Notes: generated by a model not told the origin, from the letters alone. 64,000 bases of DNA from an uncultured Bacilli bacterium (GCA_934101115.1 CAKOPW010000001.1:73295-137294), one strand, 5' to 3'. Positions 39,797-49,236 are shown, counted from the first letter of the stretch. Translations and numbers: made by a program.

Positions 39797-39999
39797 TTGC
39801 CCTTGTCAAAAGTATTTATTGTTATGCTTATTATCACACTATTGATCACTTTACTCATCAATTGAAAAATTAAAACTAAGAATTAATTTTCTTAGTTTTT
39901 TCTTGCAAATAATATCGAACATTTGTTATAATTTCACTAGGAACATCAGTTGTTGAGTGTCTACCTCCATTCTTTATTGAGAGGAGGTTCTTGGTATAT

Positions 40000-40083
40000 A
40001 TGGGAAAGAAAGATTTCTTAATCTTAAGCTTGATCATTATAATCATTTTGTTAATAGCCTTACTCTTCATCACTTTGAAGTAG
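40000..40083 (+). CDS. 27-aa variant of the hydrophobic peptide
   Basis: MGKKDFLILSLIIIIILLIALLFITLK. The CAG codon of copy 1 is TAG here (40081-40083). Confidence 0.5.
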   Translation: MGKKDFLILSLIIIIILLIALLFITLK

Positions 40084-40095
40084 TATCACCTATAA

Positions 40096-40206
40096 ATAAA
40101 AACGACACTCATCTGCAAAGATAAGTGTCAAACCATATTTTGGGTAGACATTCAACTTAGCCATACTGAATGTTCCCTTTTTTATTGTATGCAATATTGC
40201 ATCTCT
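40096..40206 (-). ncRNA. Candidate antisense RNA, copy 2
   Basis: TTGCAA at 40241-40236, 17 nt, then TAATAT. The terminator hairpin is the same as in copy 1. Confidence 0.45.
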
Positions 40207-40289
40207 AAATACATATTACTACATATGTTTTTATTTTGCAAGAAAATATATTATTGTATATTATTGTATACATAAACACCTGCTTGAAT

Positions 40290-41426
40290 TTATTTCTTCA
40301 AGTTATCCTTTTTTAAGTTTTCTTGAATAAAAGCATCAAGGTCTTTAAAAATCAATTCTTTTTGTATAAATATAGAGCGATGATTTCCTTCATACATTAT
40401 GGAAGTTGAGTTTAATCCAAGACTCTCGTAAATTTTTTGTTGCTTTATAAATCTTTCTTGCACTCTTGTTCCAAGTACTTTATTGATACAATTTACATCT
40501 TCGTCACTAAATAAACCATATTTTGCAGTATAATTACCATTTTCATCTAAAACAAATACTTGGTTTCCATTTTCGTCAATTCTTGGAGTTAAATTACCAC
40601 ATTCGTCCCTATATAGTTCTTCTTCTCCTTTATCATTTATAAAAGTATAGTTTTCAAAATAAGGTATAGCCGAATCTGATTTATCCGCATCACCAACATA
40701 AAAGAAAAAAGATATTTTTTTAAAAGATTCAAAATCAAAATTTGGTAATCCACTTATTCCTGTTGGGTATTTAAATTCATAACCGCCCATTTCTGAAACT
40801 GGCATTGAAATTGCTCCACCTGTCCCACCAGCGATAACTCCTTTTATTATTTCTAGGTGTAATAAAGATAAGTGCGAAACAAATTTTGCTCCTTCTGAGT
40901 AACCACATAAGGTTGCTTTTTCAGAAACATCTATTTTTTCTGCTTTTAAAATATTTACAGCAGTTTCGATTATAGCTTTATGTTGATCAGCCAAGTTTTT
41001 ATACATATACATATATTTTTCAAAGCGTTTATCATTTCCTTTTAATTCAAAATCATTCAAAAGGCAATCTCTTCCCAAAAAGTTTGGTCTAAAGTCTTTT
41101 AATCTTGGAATATAAGGAATAACCATAGGATTTCCATCATCAACGCATAAATGGTAATGAATTGGATCTATTGATCTAAATTTTCTTCTTTCTTCTACAT
41201 TTTCTTCCTTTGCACAATATATCAATTCTTCCATTGTTGAACAATTTTCAGAATTATTAGCAGTAAGATTACAAGCATATATCAATTCCGGATTCTCAAC
41301 TATCGTTTGAGGAATAATTATTATAAACGGAAAATAAAATCCTAATTCAGGATTAGCTTCCACTTCTATGCAATTTACAACTGCACCTTTAAAGTTCATT
41401 TGTTTCATAAAATCATCTACTTTCAT
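40290..41426 (-). CDS. Alpha/beta-hydrolase-like protein
   Basis: 378 aa. A GYSEG (GxSxG-type) nucleophile elbow followed by GGTGGA. Confidence 0.45.
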   Translation of the reverse strand: MKVDDFMKQMNFKGAVVNCIEVEANPELGFYFPFIIIIPQTIVENPELIYACNLTANNSENCSTMEELIYCAKEENVEERRKFRSIDPIHYHLCVDDGNPMVIPYIPRLKDFRPNFLGRDCLLNDFELKGNDKRFEKYMYMYKNLADQHKAIIETAVNILKAEKIDVSEKATLCGYSEGAKFVSHLSLLHLEIIKGVIAGGTGGAISMPVSEMGGYEFKYPTGISGLPNFDFESFKKISFFFYVGDADKSDSAIPYFENYTFINDKGEEELYRDECGNLTPRIDENGNQVFVLDENGNYTAKYGLFSDEDVNCINKVLGTRVQERFIKQQKIYESLGLNSTSIMYEGNHRSIFIQKELIFKDLDAFIQENLKKDNLKK

Positions 41427-41488
41427 AGATGATTATAGCATGCCTCATTTATTTTATAAAACTTTTTCAAAAAAAGCGATGACCCAAA

Positions 41489-42255
41489 TCATCGTTTTGT
41501 ATTAATGCTCTTACTATAGTATTGTTTTATATATTCATAACCTTTTTTGATTTTTTCTTCAATTGATATATGCTCAGAATATATTGCTCTCAACTTATCC
41601 ATCACCAACTCACCATTATCATACAAATCATAAAAAGAATTGTAACCACGCTCGTTAAAACTAAATTGACTTAGAAATGGTTCATTATTTAGAATTGGAT
41701 CTGTTACCATTTCGCTATATTGCCAACATAAATGTGGAGAATCAAATTCTTCTCTTGGTGTATCAGGATATATCTCTTTCCACTTTTCAAACCATGCAAA
41801 GTGGAGAGTCTCATGTGCGCATAAATTAACAATCACATTATCAGGAACACTATGGAAATCGAAAAAGAGAAACTATCTAGATATCTTGGACATACAGGTA
41901 AAATTCCAATTGAAGCATCTATTGTTTTAAATTTTTCTGGAAATTCAACCTCAAAAAAATCAATTAAGAGTTTAAAATACTTGTCATTAACTTCGTCCCA
42001 TATTTTACTGCATGTTTTTACTTTGTTTTCAATTACATTATTTAACTTCTTGTATCTATCACTTAAAACTTTTTCAATTGCTAAAAACACTTCTTCTTTC
42101 GGAGAATTCAAATTATACTTTTTTAGTTCTGGAAAAGCTTCTAAAGTATAATCATGCAATGATAAGCTTTCTCCATTTTCATAAAAAGCTTCTTTGACAA
42201 AATTAATGTTTTCTTTTAAAGTCATCTTTCTAAAAATTATTGTTGGATAATTCAT
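41489..42255 (-). pseudogene. HExxH-motif gene split by a +/-1 frameshift (ORFs 41833-42255 and 41489-41836)
   Basis: The downstream frame is already open from 41872 and reads FLFFDFHSVPDNVIVNLCAHETLHF, continuing smoothly from ...CPRYLDS of the upstream frame. An A5/T5 run lies at 41862-41866. Confidence 0.5.
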
Positions 42256-42884
42256 TATATGCCTCCATTGCCTATTCTTCTATCATACTCTTTTATATAA
42301 ACAGGAAATTTCTCGTACCATTTCAAAAACTCTTTTTCATCACCAAAAGAATATAGTTTATACCCTTCTTTTGTTATGTATTTTTCTTTTAGATCCAAGA
42401 AATTTTTTATAAACTTTTGTCCATCAAGTGTTTGACCTTCAGCGCACATATTCTTAAAATTTATTCCCCTGCTCATTAAATCGTTAATTTTTTTATTCAT
42501 TCCTTTTAATAGGTAACTTAAAACTAATTTATCATCTCTATACTTTTTATCAATTGCAGCTACAGAAACTAAAAGATTATAGCTATTGTTGTCTTGATAG
42601 GCTTCTAAAGATTCATAATTTAACTCAGTATCAGATAGTTCATTTTTCATAAAGTCTGTAAATTGTTTATCTGTTAATGGTAACAAAGTTATTTCTCCAA
42701 TAATACAATCAGAAATTACATCTCTTACAAAAATGTTAATATCTCTATTTTTACTATCCCATAGCATAACTTGCTCTACACTTGATATTGTTTCTGGTTC
42801 TAAATAATCATGTTCTATATTCCAAACATCATCAAAATCTTTTTTTGTATGGTTATAAAATTCAATTACATATCTTTCTTTCAT
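42255..42884 (-). CDS. Hypothetical protein, possibly GNAT-like
   Basis: 209 aa. Its stop overlaps the next start (ATGA). Only a weak acetyltransferase-like layout. Confidence 0.3.
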   Translation of the reverse strand: MKERYVIEFYNHTKKDFDDVWNIEHDYLEPETISSVEQVMLWDSKNRDINIFVRDVISDCIIGEITLLPLTDKQFTDFMKNELSDTELNYESLEAYQDNNSYNLLVSVAAIDKKYRDDKLVLSYLLKGMNKKINDLMSRGINFKNMCAEGQTLDGQKFIKNFLDLKEKYITKEGYKLYSFGDEKEFLKWYEKFPVYIKEYDRRIGNGGI

Positions 42885-43006
42885 ATGGGATTCTCCTTAA
42901 TCTTTATTTTACCATATTTTATTAGTTCTGCAATTATTATCCATTTATGTCGAATGTGAAATAACTTTCTTTATATATGATATAATTAATTTTAGAGGTG
43001 ATACAC

Positions 43007-44632
43007 ATGACAGATATAGAAATAGCTTCTTCATGTAAAATGAAGCTAATTAAAGATGTTGCGAATTCTATTGGTATTGATGAGTTAATTGAAAATTATG
43101 GAAATTATAAAGCAAAAATAAACTATGATAAAATAAATAATTCTAAAAATGGTAAATTGGTTCTAGTAACATCGATACATCCTACTCCATATGGTGAGGG
43201 AAAAACTACTTTGTCAATTGGAATAAATGATGCTCTAAAAAAAATTGGTAAAAATAGTATTGTTGTTTTAAGAGAACCATCACTTGGTCCTACTTTTGGG
43301 ATGAAAGGCGGCGCTACTGGAGGAGGAAAATCTCAAGTTGTTCCTATGGAAGATATAAACCTACATTTTACAGGAGATATGCATGCAATAACATCTTGTA
43401 ACAATTTATTATGTGCGCTTATTGATAATCATATATATCATGGTAATGAGCTTGAAATAGACCCAAATTCTATTTGTTTTCATAGAACTCTTGATATGAA
43501 TGATCGTGCTTTAAGAAGAATATCCTTAGATACTCGTAAAGAACGTTTTTGCATTACAGCTGCAAGTGAAATTATGGCAATACTTTGTTTGGCAAAAAAT
43601 ATGACTGATTTAAGAAAACGACTTGATTCTATTTTAATCGGTTACACTTATAATAAAACACCTATTTTTGCTCGAGATTTAAAGGCAACTGATACCATGA
43701 TGATTCTTTTAAAAGATGCAATGAAACCTAATCTAGTTCAATCCTTTGAAAACAATCCGGTAATTATCCATGGTGGTCCTTTTGCAAATATTGCTCATGG
43801 TTGTAATTCTTATATTGCAACTAGTACTGCTCTTTCATTAAGTGATTATGTTATTACTGAAGCTGGATTTGGATCAGATTTAGGTGCTGAAAAATTTTTT
43901 GATATAAAGTGCCGTTTAGGATTAAAACCTGACTTAGTTATATTAAACTGTACTGTTCGTGCTTTGAAACATAACGGCTATTGCAATGAAACAGATATTC
44001 TTACACAAGATCATAAGTTTTTGAATGCTGGTTTATGTAACCTTGAAGCGCATATTGATAATCTTAAAAAATTTACAAACAATATTCTTGTAGTTTTAAA
44101 TCGTTTCAATACTGATACTTTAGAAGAAATTAATATCATAAGAGAATTTGTTCATGAAAAAAATATTCCTTTTGAAATAAGTGATGCTTATAAAAACGGA
44201 AGTGTTGGAGCACTAGAGATTGCTAAAAGAATAGTTGAGCTAACTAACAAACCTTCCTCTTTTAAATTTTTATATGATTTAAATGATTCTATTCAAAATA
44301 AAATTGAGATTATTTGTAAAGATATTTATCACGCAAAAAATGTTATTTATACAGATGACGCACTTATACAATTAAAAAATATAGAAAACTTAGGATTTAG
44401 TAACTTACCAATATGCATAGCTAAAACGCAATATTCTTTTAGTGATGATCCTAAAAAACTTGGAAATCCAACAAATTATGATGTAACAGTACAAAAATTA
44501 GAATTAAAAAGCGGAGCTGGATTTATTGTTTGTTTTTTAGGAAGTATTATAGATATGCCTGGCCTTCCTAAACATCCAAATGCACTTGATATGAAAATTG
44601 ATGATAATTTAAAAATAAGCGGACTATTTTAG
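43007..44632 (+). CDS. fhs: Formate--tetrahydrofolate ligase
   Basis: PTPYGEGKTT P-loop and the typical FTHFS sequence throughout. AGAGGTGA precedes the ATG at 43007. Confidence 0.93.
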   Translation: MTDIEIASSCKMKLIKDVANSIGIDELIENYGNYKAKINYDKINNSKNGKLVLVTSIHPTPYGEGKTTLSIGINDALKKIGKNSIVVLREPSLGPTFGMKGGATGGGKSQVVPMEDINLHFTGDMHAITSCNNLLCALIDNHIYHGNELEIDPNSICFHRTLDMNDRALRRISLDTRKERFCITAASEIMAILCLAKNMTDLRKRLDSILIGYTYNKTPIFARDLKATDTMMILLKDAMKPNLVQSFENNPVIIHGGPFANIAHGCNSYIATSTALSLSDYVITEAGFGSDLGAEKFFDIKCRLGLKPDLVILNCTVRALKHNGYCNETDILTQDHKFLNAGLCNLEAHIDNLKKFTNNILVVLNRFNTDTLEEINIIREFVHEKNIPFEISDAYKNGSVGALEIAKRIVELTNKPSSFKFLYDLNDSIQNKIEIICKDIYHAKNVIYTDDALIQLKNIENLGFSNLPICIAKTQYSFSDDPKKLGNPTNYDVTVQKLELKSGAGFIVCFLGSIIDMPGLPKHPNALDMKIDDNLKISGLF

Positions 44633-44767
44633 CCCGCTTTTCTATTTCTATAATTTTTTACTATTTCTTCCGAAGTCTCTCATAAACTAAATATTATAAA
44701 AAGAATTACAAATGAAAGAATCACTATTCTAAACACTTTTTTGTAAAGCTTGTATGATTTAAAATTA

Positions 44768-44931
44768 TTATAAACTACTCTCAACAAATCTTTTTTTGCT
44801 ATTTATATCAAATAGATCATTTAAAGTAGTGTTATAAAAGTGAATTAGCTTGTCGACTAACATATATTTCTTTACTTGCTTCGTTTTGACTTATGTTTTT
44901 TTAAGTTATTACTAAGCTTTGTGGTATTCAT
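44768..44931 (-). pseudogene. Decayed Xre-family HTH gene remnant
   Basis: ATG at 44931 gives MNTTKLSNNLKKHKSKRSK*. Shifted frames read ISQNEASKEIYVSRQANSLL* and LVDKLIHFYNTTLNDLFD..., which are pieces of an HTH and its C-terminal helix in different frames. Confidence 0.3.
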
Positions 44932-45003
44932 AATATTATCACCTATTTATATAGTATCATATAATAAAAAAATAAAAGCAATTGCTAGTTGCTTTTATTA
45001 ATT

Positions 45004-45636
45004 CTATTTGATTGAAAATATATTTAATGGATCTATGGCTGCTTCATCTGAGAGAGAATAATCATTATAAACTGCAAAATGTAAACTAGTAAATTCAATT
45101 TCTTTATTTTTTCCTATGGTTGCAATTTTGTCTCCTGATTTTACAACGTCATTTGGTTTAACAAGGATATCGTTTAGACCACCATAAAGCGTGAAGTATC
45201 CATTTGAGTGCTTTATAATAACTACTTTACCATATTTATCTTCAAGCATTGATAAATTATCAGGCTTTACAACTACTCCGTCATATGCTGAATATACAGG
45301 TGAATCAAATTCAATTCCACCAATATCAACTCCTTTATGTTCTGCTCCCCATCTCTTTTTAAATCCTGCTATAACAACAAAGGGTTGCTCAGTTGGCCAT
45401 GTCCAATCATTAATATTAGAAGTATAAGAATAATTAGATTTATGATTAATGGTATAGTAATAAGTGATTTTCTTGTTATTAAATATTATAAATGAAAATG
45501 ATATTAAAACGAAAAAGCTAACAAGTATGGGTTTAAGATAATTCTTACCTTTTTGATAAACTGTTTTATTAAGAATTTTATTTTCTAAATCTTCATTCAT
45601 CTCTATTTTTGAATAATATTCTTTTATTTTATTCAT
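45004..45636 (-). CDS. Anti-sigma-like single-TM protein fused to an M23 (LytM) peptidase domain
   Basis: The stop of the sigma gene overlaps this start. TM ILVSFFVLISFSFIIF. HKGVDIGG (HxxxD) is present, but SLHFAVY replaces the HxH motif. Confidence 0.65.
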   Translation of the reverse strand: MNKIKEYYSKIEMNEDLENKILNKTVYQKGKNYLKPILVSFFVLISFSFIIFNNKKITYYYTINHKSNYSYTSNINDWTWPTEQPFVVIAGFKKRWGAEHKGVDIGGIEFDSPVYSAYDGVVVKPDNLSMLEDKYGKVVIIKHSNGYFTLYGGLNDILVKPNDVVKSGDKIATIGKNKEIEFTSLHFAVYNDYSLSDEAAIDPLNIFSIK

Positions 45637-46100
45637 TGATTATCACCTTCCATCATATTTTTTAATTTTTTTCTAGTTCTAGATAATAACACTTTAACAT
45701 TGACTTCTGATAGCTTCATCATTTCGGCTATTTCTTTTATTTTATATCCTTCGTAGTAATGTAAAAAAACTATAATTCTTTCTCTTTTATTTAGGTTTGC
45801 TATAACATCTAGTAAATCATTATTGCTATCAGATGTTTTTATATCTTTATCATCAAATAAAGATACTTTTATTCGCCAATGAGATAAAAATAAACTTTTA
45901 CATTCATTGATTGTAACTTTAAATAGCCATTTTTTAATGCTGTCTTTATCAAGTTTTAAAATATCTTTATGTTTATATAATTTAACAAAAACATTTTGAG
46001 TTATATCATCAGTATCAGATTTGTTTTTAGTATAACTATAAGCAAGTCGATAAACATCATTTTTATATAAATTAAATATTTTTATAAACTCATCATTCAT
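45633..46100 (-). CDS. ECF-type sigma-70 family factor
   Basis: 155 aa with region 2 (DDITQNVFVKLY) and region 4 (YEGYKIKEIAEMMKLSEVNVKVLLSRTRKKL). Confidence 0.85.
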   Translation of the reverse strand: MNDEFIKIFNLYKNDVYRLAYSYTKNKSDTDDITQNVFVKLYKHKDILKLDKDSIKKWLFKVTINECKSLFLSHWRIKVSLFDDKDIKTSDSNNDLLDVIANLNKRERIIVFLHYYEGYKIKEIAEMMKLSEVNVKVLLSRTRKKLKNMMEGDNQ

Positions 46101-46234
46101 ATGCTTGTTTCCTCACTTTCAATATAATAACTAATATACCCATTAAAAGGTTACAAAAAAATTAAACTCACATAAAAATGTGAGCCTAGTATGCTAATTG
46201 CTGATTTTTTCAATATCTGTTTTATTCAACAACG

Positions 46235-46792
46235 TTATGAATTATTACCAATTTCATCAGCAAGTTTATCAAGTGTTGCTTCTCTTCTATCTTCTCTTGA
46301 CGTGTTAATTAAAGTAAATCCGTATTTTAGACAATCTTTTTTTAATAACTCATTTTTTTCTAAAATTTCCTTAACATTTCTTTCTATATCTTCAATGCCT
46401 ACATAAGCTGGCCAATCAAAAGGTTTAGAATATTTTTTCATGTCTTCTCTAATATTGGCTTCATCAGCATCCAAATTAGCTAAAAAATAAATTTCCACTT
46501 TATCCTTATATTCAAACATAGATAATTGTTTAGGTGTAAAAATATATTCATAAATTGTGCTTACTCCATAATTCTTGGCATCATCTAAACTCCTTCTTGC
46601 CATTTCATTTAATAATGTAACATATTTATCATCATTATGATCTTGTAAAACCTTAAAAGATTCTTCAAGTGAATCTAATAACATATCAAAATTATAGTAA
46701 TTAAAATTGTATTTTTGATGAAGTTTCATTGTAAGTGTTGTTTTACCAGCTCTCTTGTTTCCAGCAATAATTACTACTTTTCCATTTTTCAT
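46235..46792 (-). CDS. P-loop NTPase/kinase-like protein
   Basis: Walker A GNKRAGKTT at residues about 11-19. 185 aa. Confidence 0.5.
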   Translation of the reverse strand: MKNGKVVIIAGNKRAGKTTLTMKLHQKYNFNYYNFDMLLDSLEESFKVLQDHNDDKYVTLLNEMARRSLDDAKNYGVSTIYEYIFTPKQLSMFEYKDKVEIYFLANLDADEANIREDMKKYSKPFDWPAYVGIEDIERNVKEILEKNELLKKDCLKYGFTLINTSREDRREATLDKLADEIGNNS

Positions 46793-46899
46793 TAAATCAC
46801 TTCCATAACTTAATTATAACTAATAAAGCGTTTTTATTAAAGAAAAACAAAAAAACTTGCATACAATTTATGCAAGCTCATTAGTTTTTACAAAGATTT

Positions 46900-47763
46900 T
46901 TAAAATACATGATAATGATCCAATAATTTCTTTGATTTACTATTATAAATGTCATTAGAGACAGTATGCGGAGTATATTCATTTTGTTGAGCAAATTTAA
47001 AAATCCAATCACTCAATAATATTTTATATATTTCTTCATAGCTTGTCGCAACTCCTGTATCATCTAAAAACGATTTTTCTGTCATTAGTCTTATACGCCT
47101 TTGACGATCTTTATAACTATCAACGGAATTTTCATATCCATGCTGATTATTTAGATATTGAATAATATTTAAAACATTTTCATATGCGTATTTAAAGGCA
47201 TAATGCTCATCTGGATTTGCTATATAAAGGTAAAACGCTTTCTTTATATCAGCTTGTTGTTGTTTTTCTGAAACTTCGTGACACTCAAAATAAGTTTTAT
47301 ATTCTTTTAATTCGCGATATAATTCACCTTCACCTTGATTTAATTCTAAAATCAAATGATGAAATAAAGCATGAAATTGTTCATGTAACATTGAATCTAA
47401 AAGGCATAAATTGAAACCATCAACTTCTTTGTAAGTTATTTCTTTTGTTTCTGGATTATATACTTCTTCTTTTCCTTCAAAAATATACTTTTCATTAAAT
47501 AATATTTTACCTGATTTTCCATCTTTACCCAAAATTATTCCGGCGTTCATTAATCTTACATCTCTTTTGTCAGACACAACTTCATATGGTTTCCTATTTT
47601 GTTTTTCTGCTTCAACATTTTCTAATTCTTGTAAAAGAGCTAAACGTTCAAAAGGTTCAAGTGATGAAAATACAGATGAATGAAATAAATAGAATAACTT
47701 TGTTTCTTTTCCAATTATATCAGAATTTATGTATTTTCTTGAACGCATAACTTTGTTTAACAT
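46900..47763 (-). CDS. Hypothetical HExxH-motif protein
   Basis: LHEQFHALFHH. Start MLNKVMR has AAAGAGGGG upstream, and its own promoter is TTGCAA-17 nt-TAAAAT. Confidence 0.45.
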   Translation of the reverse strand: MLNKVMRSRKYINSDIIGKETKLFYLFHSSVFSSLEPFERLALLQELENVEAEKQNRKPYEVVSDKRDVRLMNAGIILGKDGKSGKILFNEKYIFEGKEEVYNPETKEITYKEVDGFNLCLLDSMLHEQFHALFHHLILELNQGEGELYRELKEYKTYFECHEVSEKQQQADIKKAFYLYIANPDEHYAFKYAYENVLNIIQYLNNQHGYENSVDSYKDRQRRIRLMTEKSFLDDTGVATSYEEIYKILLSDWIFKFAQQNEYTPHTVSNDIYNSKSKKLLDHYHVF

Positions 47764-47820
47764 TATTATCCCCTCTTTAATAACGTTAGTTATTTTAGCA
47801 AAATTTGAAAATAATTGCAA

Positions 47821-47849
47821 ATAAAAAATAGATTCGTCACCACAATCTA
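47821..47849 (-). terminator. Terminator after the RT operon
   Basis: On the minus strand: TAGATT-gtggtgacg-AATCTA followed by TTTTTTAT. Confidence 0.55.
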
Positions 47850-47860
47850 CTTTAAGTACT

Positions 47861-48889
47861 TCATTTTAAATTATTATTACATAAAATTGCCTCAATCTTA
47901 TTCACATAGTTATATGAATTAGAATGACTTGCATGTCCTAAAAAAGAATTATAACTTAATAAAAATTTTTTATCATAAAACATATTATTGTTTTTTAAAT
48001 ATATCCATTGTTTAATTGACTTCTTTACTTTCTTTTTAAAGCGTTTTCTAAGAAGAATATGTGTTGGATAAATAATATATCCACAAAAATCAATACCTAA
48101 TTTATTAGGATAATATCTGCTTTTATGATTAAGCGACAGATTTAAATGGGCACTTACAAAAGTTGAAACTAAGTTGAGCACTTCTTTTGCTTCATCTTTG
48201 GTTTTTAAAATAAAAATCTGATCGTCCATATATCTTGTATAAAATTTTATTTTTAGTTCATCTTTTACATAATGGTCTAATTCATTTAAATAAATATTGG
48301 CAAAGAACTGACTGGTATAATTACCAATTGGAATTCCGACTTCGTTGCCATCATCAAGAATTTTTTTACTGAATTCAAGTAATTTTTTATCTTTAATTTT
48401 TGATGCTAAAATCTTTAATAATATTTCTTTATCTATACTATAAAAATATTTTTTTATATCGGTTTTTAAAATATAACAGTTTTTTCCATATAGTTTAGTT
48501 GCATTTCTCAATTGATTTTGAACACATATAACTGATTTATGCGTTCCTCGATTATCTAAACATGCATATGTATCATTGATGAACCGTTTCATAAAATAAG
48601 GCTTTATAAATTCTTCAACATACCATTGATGAACTATACGATCACGGTAAGGCAAAGATTTTATTATTCTTTCTTTTGGTTCATGAATAACAAATTCTCG
48701 ATATTCACCAAACTTATAAGTATTATTTTTTATCTCGTCCATTATTCTTATAAGATTAGTTTCTAATTCCATTTCAAATATTATTACTTCTTTTTTAGTC
48801 TTTTTACCTTTAGAAGCACGTATGTGGGCACTTAACATTTTTTCGAAAGTCAATTTAGATAGAAAAACATTTTTTATTGTTTTAGGCAT
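47861..48889 (-). CDS. DGR reverse transcriptase
   Basis: EPKERIIKSLPYRDRIVHQ, LKTDIKKYFYSID, PIGNYTSQFFANIYL (the DGR-specific IGxxxSQ block) and YTRYMDDQ. Collinear with my recollection of Bordetella phage Brt. Confidence 0.9.
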   Translation of the reverse strand: MPKTIKNVFLSKLTFEKMLSAHIRASKGKKTKKEVIIFEMELETNLIRIMDEIKNNTYKFGEYREFVIHEPKERIIKSLPYRDRIVHQWYVEEFIKPYFMKRFINDTYACLDNRGTHKSVICVQNQLRNATKLYGKNCYILKTDIKKYFYSIDKEILLKILASKIKDKKLLEFSKKILDDGNEVGIPIGNYTSQFFANIYLNELDHYVKDELKIKFYTRYMDDQIFILKTKDEAKEVLNLVSTFVSAHLNLSLNHKSRYYPNKLGIDFCGYIIYPTHILLRKRFKKKVKKSIKQWIYLKNNNMFYDKKFLLSYNSFLGHASHSNSYNYVNKIEAILCNNNLK

Positions 48890-49236
48890 GCATTTATCCA
48901 GCCTCCTAAAGACATACTAACTAAATTTATTTTTCTACTCCATGCTTCATAATTACGAATGTTTATATATTTTCTTTTGTATGATAATCTAGCAAATACC
49001 CTTTGCATTTTTAAATTGATATCAAGTTCATTTAAGTATTTTAATTTTTCCTTTTTATCAAATGACTTATATGCTAGTAAAATATACTTGATACCTTCGT
49101 AGGATGAATTTTTTATTGTTGCAACTATGCCTGATTTAGTTGAATTAGGATATTTCTCAGTGATCATTTCAAGATATATAATAAAATCCATGTATATTTG
49201 ATAAATTCGTGTTTCTTCAACACAGCTAGCTTTCAC
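48874..49236 (-). CDS. avd: Accessory variability determinant (four-helix-bundle protein)
   Basis: 120 aa, helical, ending SLGGWINA. Overlaps both neighbours and lies immediately upstream of the RT. Confidence 0.75.
   Translation of the reverse strand: MKASCVEETRIYQIYMDFIIYLEMITEKYPNSTKSGIVATIKNSSYEGIKYILLAYKSFDKKEKLKYLNELDINLKMQRVFARLSYKRKYINIRNYEAWSRKINLVSMSLGGWINACLKQ

Larger units (their letters stand above)
39861..40251 (+). repeat. 391-bp direct repeat, copy 2
   Basis: Same terminator-like hairpin, promoter, leader, peptide ORF, hairpins and convergent promoter as copy 1. Confidence 0.9.

Noticed and set aside
39876-40073. 65-aa minus-strand ORF, and the 64-aa plus-strand ORF at 38314-38508
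   Set aside because: The first lies antisense across the peptide ORF, leader and promoter of TA-like copy 2, and copy 1 has no intact equivalent. The second reads through tRNA-His and its terminator. Neither has an RBS.
38413-40251. The direct repeats as a CRISPR array or IS element
   Set aside because: There are only two copies, each 391 bp and separated by about 1 kb of coding sequence. They have no short-repeat periodicity, no terminal inverted repeats and no transposase. Their internal organisation is that of a promoter/peptide/antisense-RNA module.
47861-48889. The RT as a retron, group II intron or Abi/DRT-type defence RT
   Set aside because: There is no intron-type maturase or endonuclease domain and no msr/msd-like inverted repeats. 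The RT has the DGR-specific IGxxxSQ motif, an Avd neighbour, and a TR/VR pair with adenine-specific divergence.
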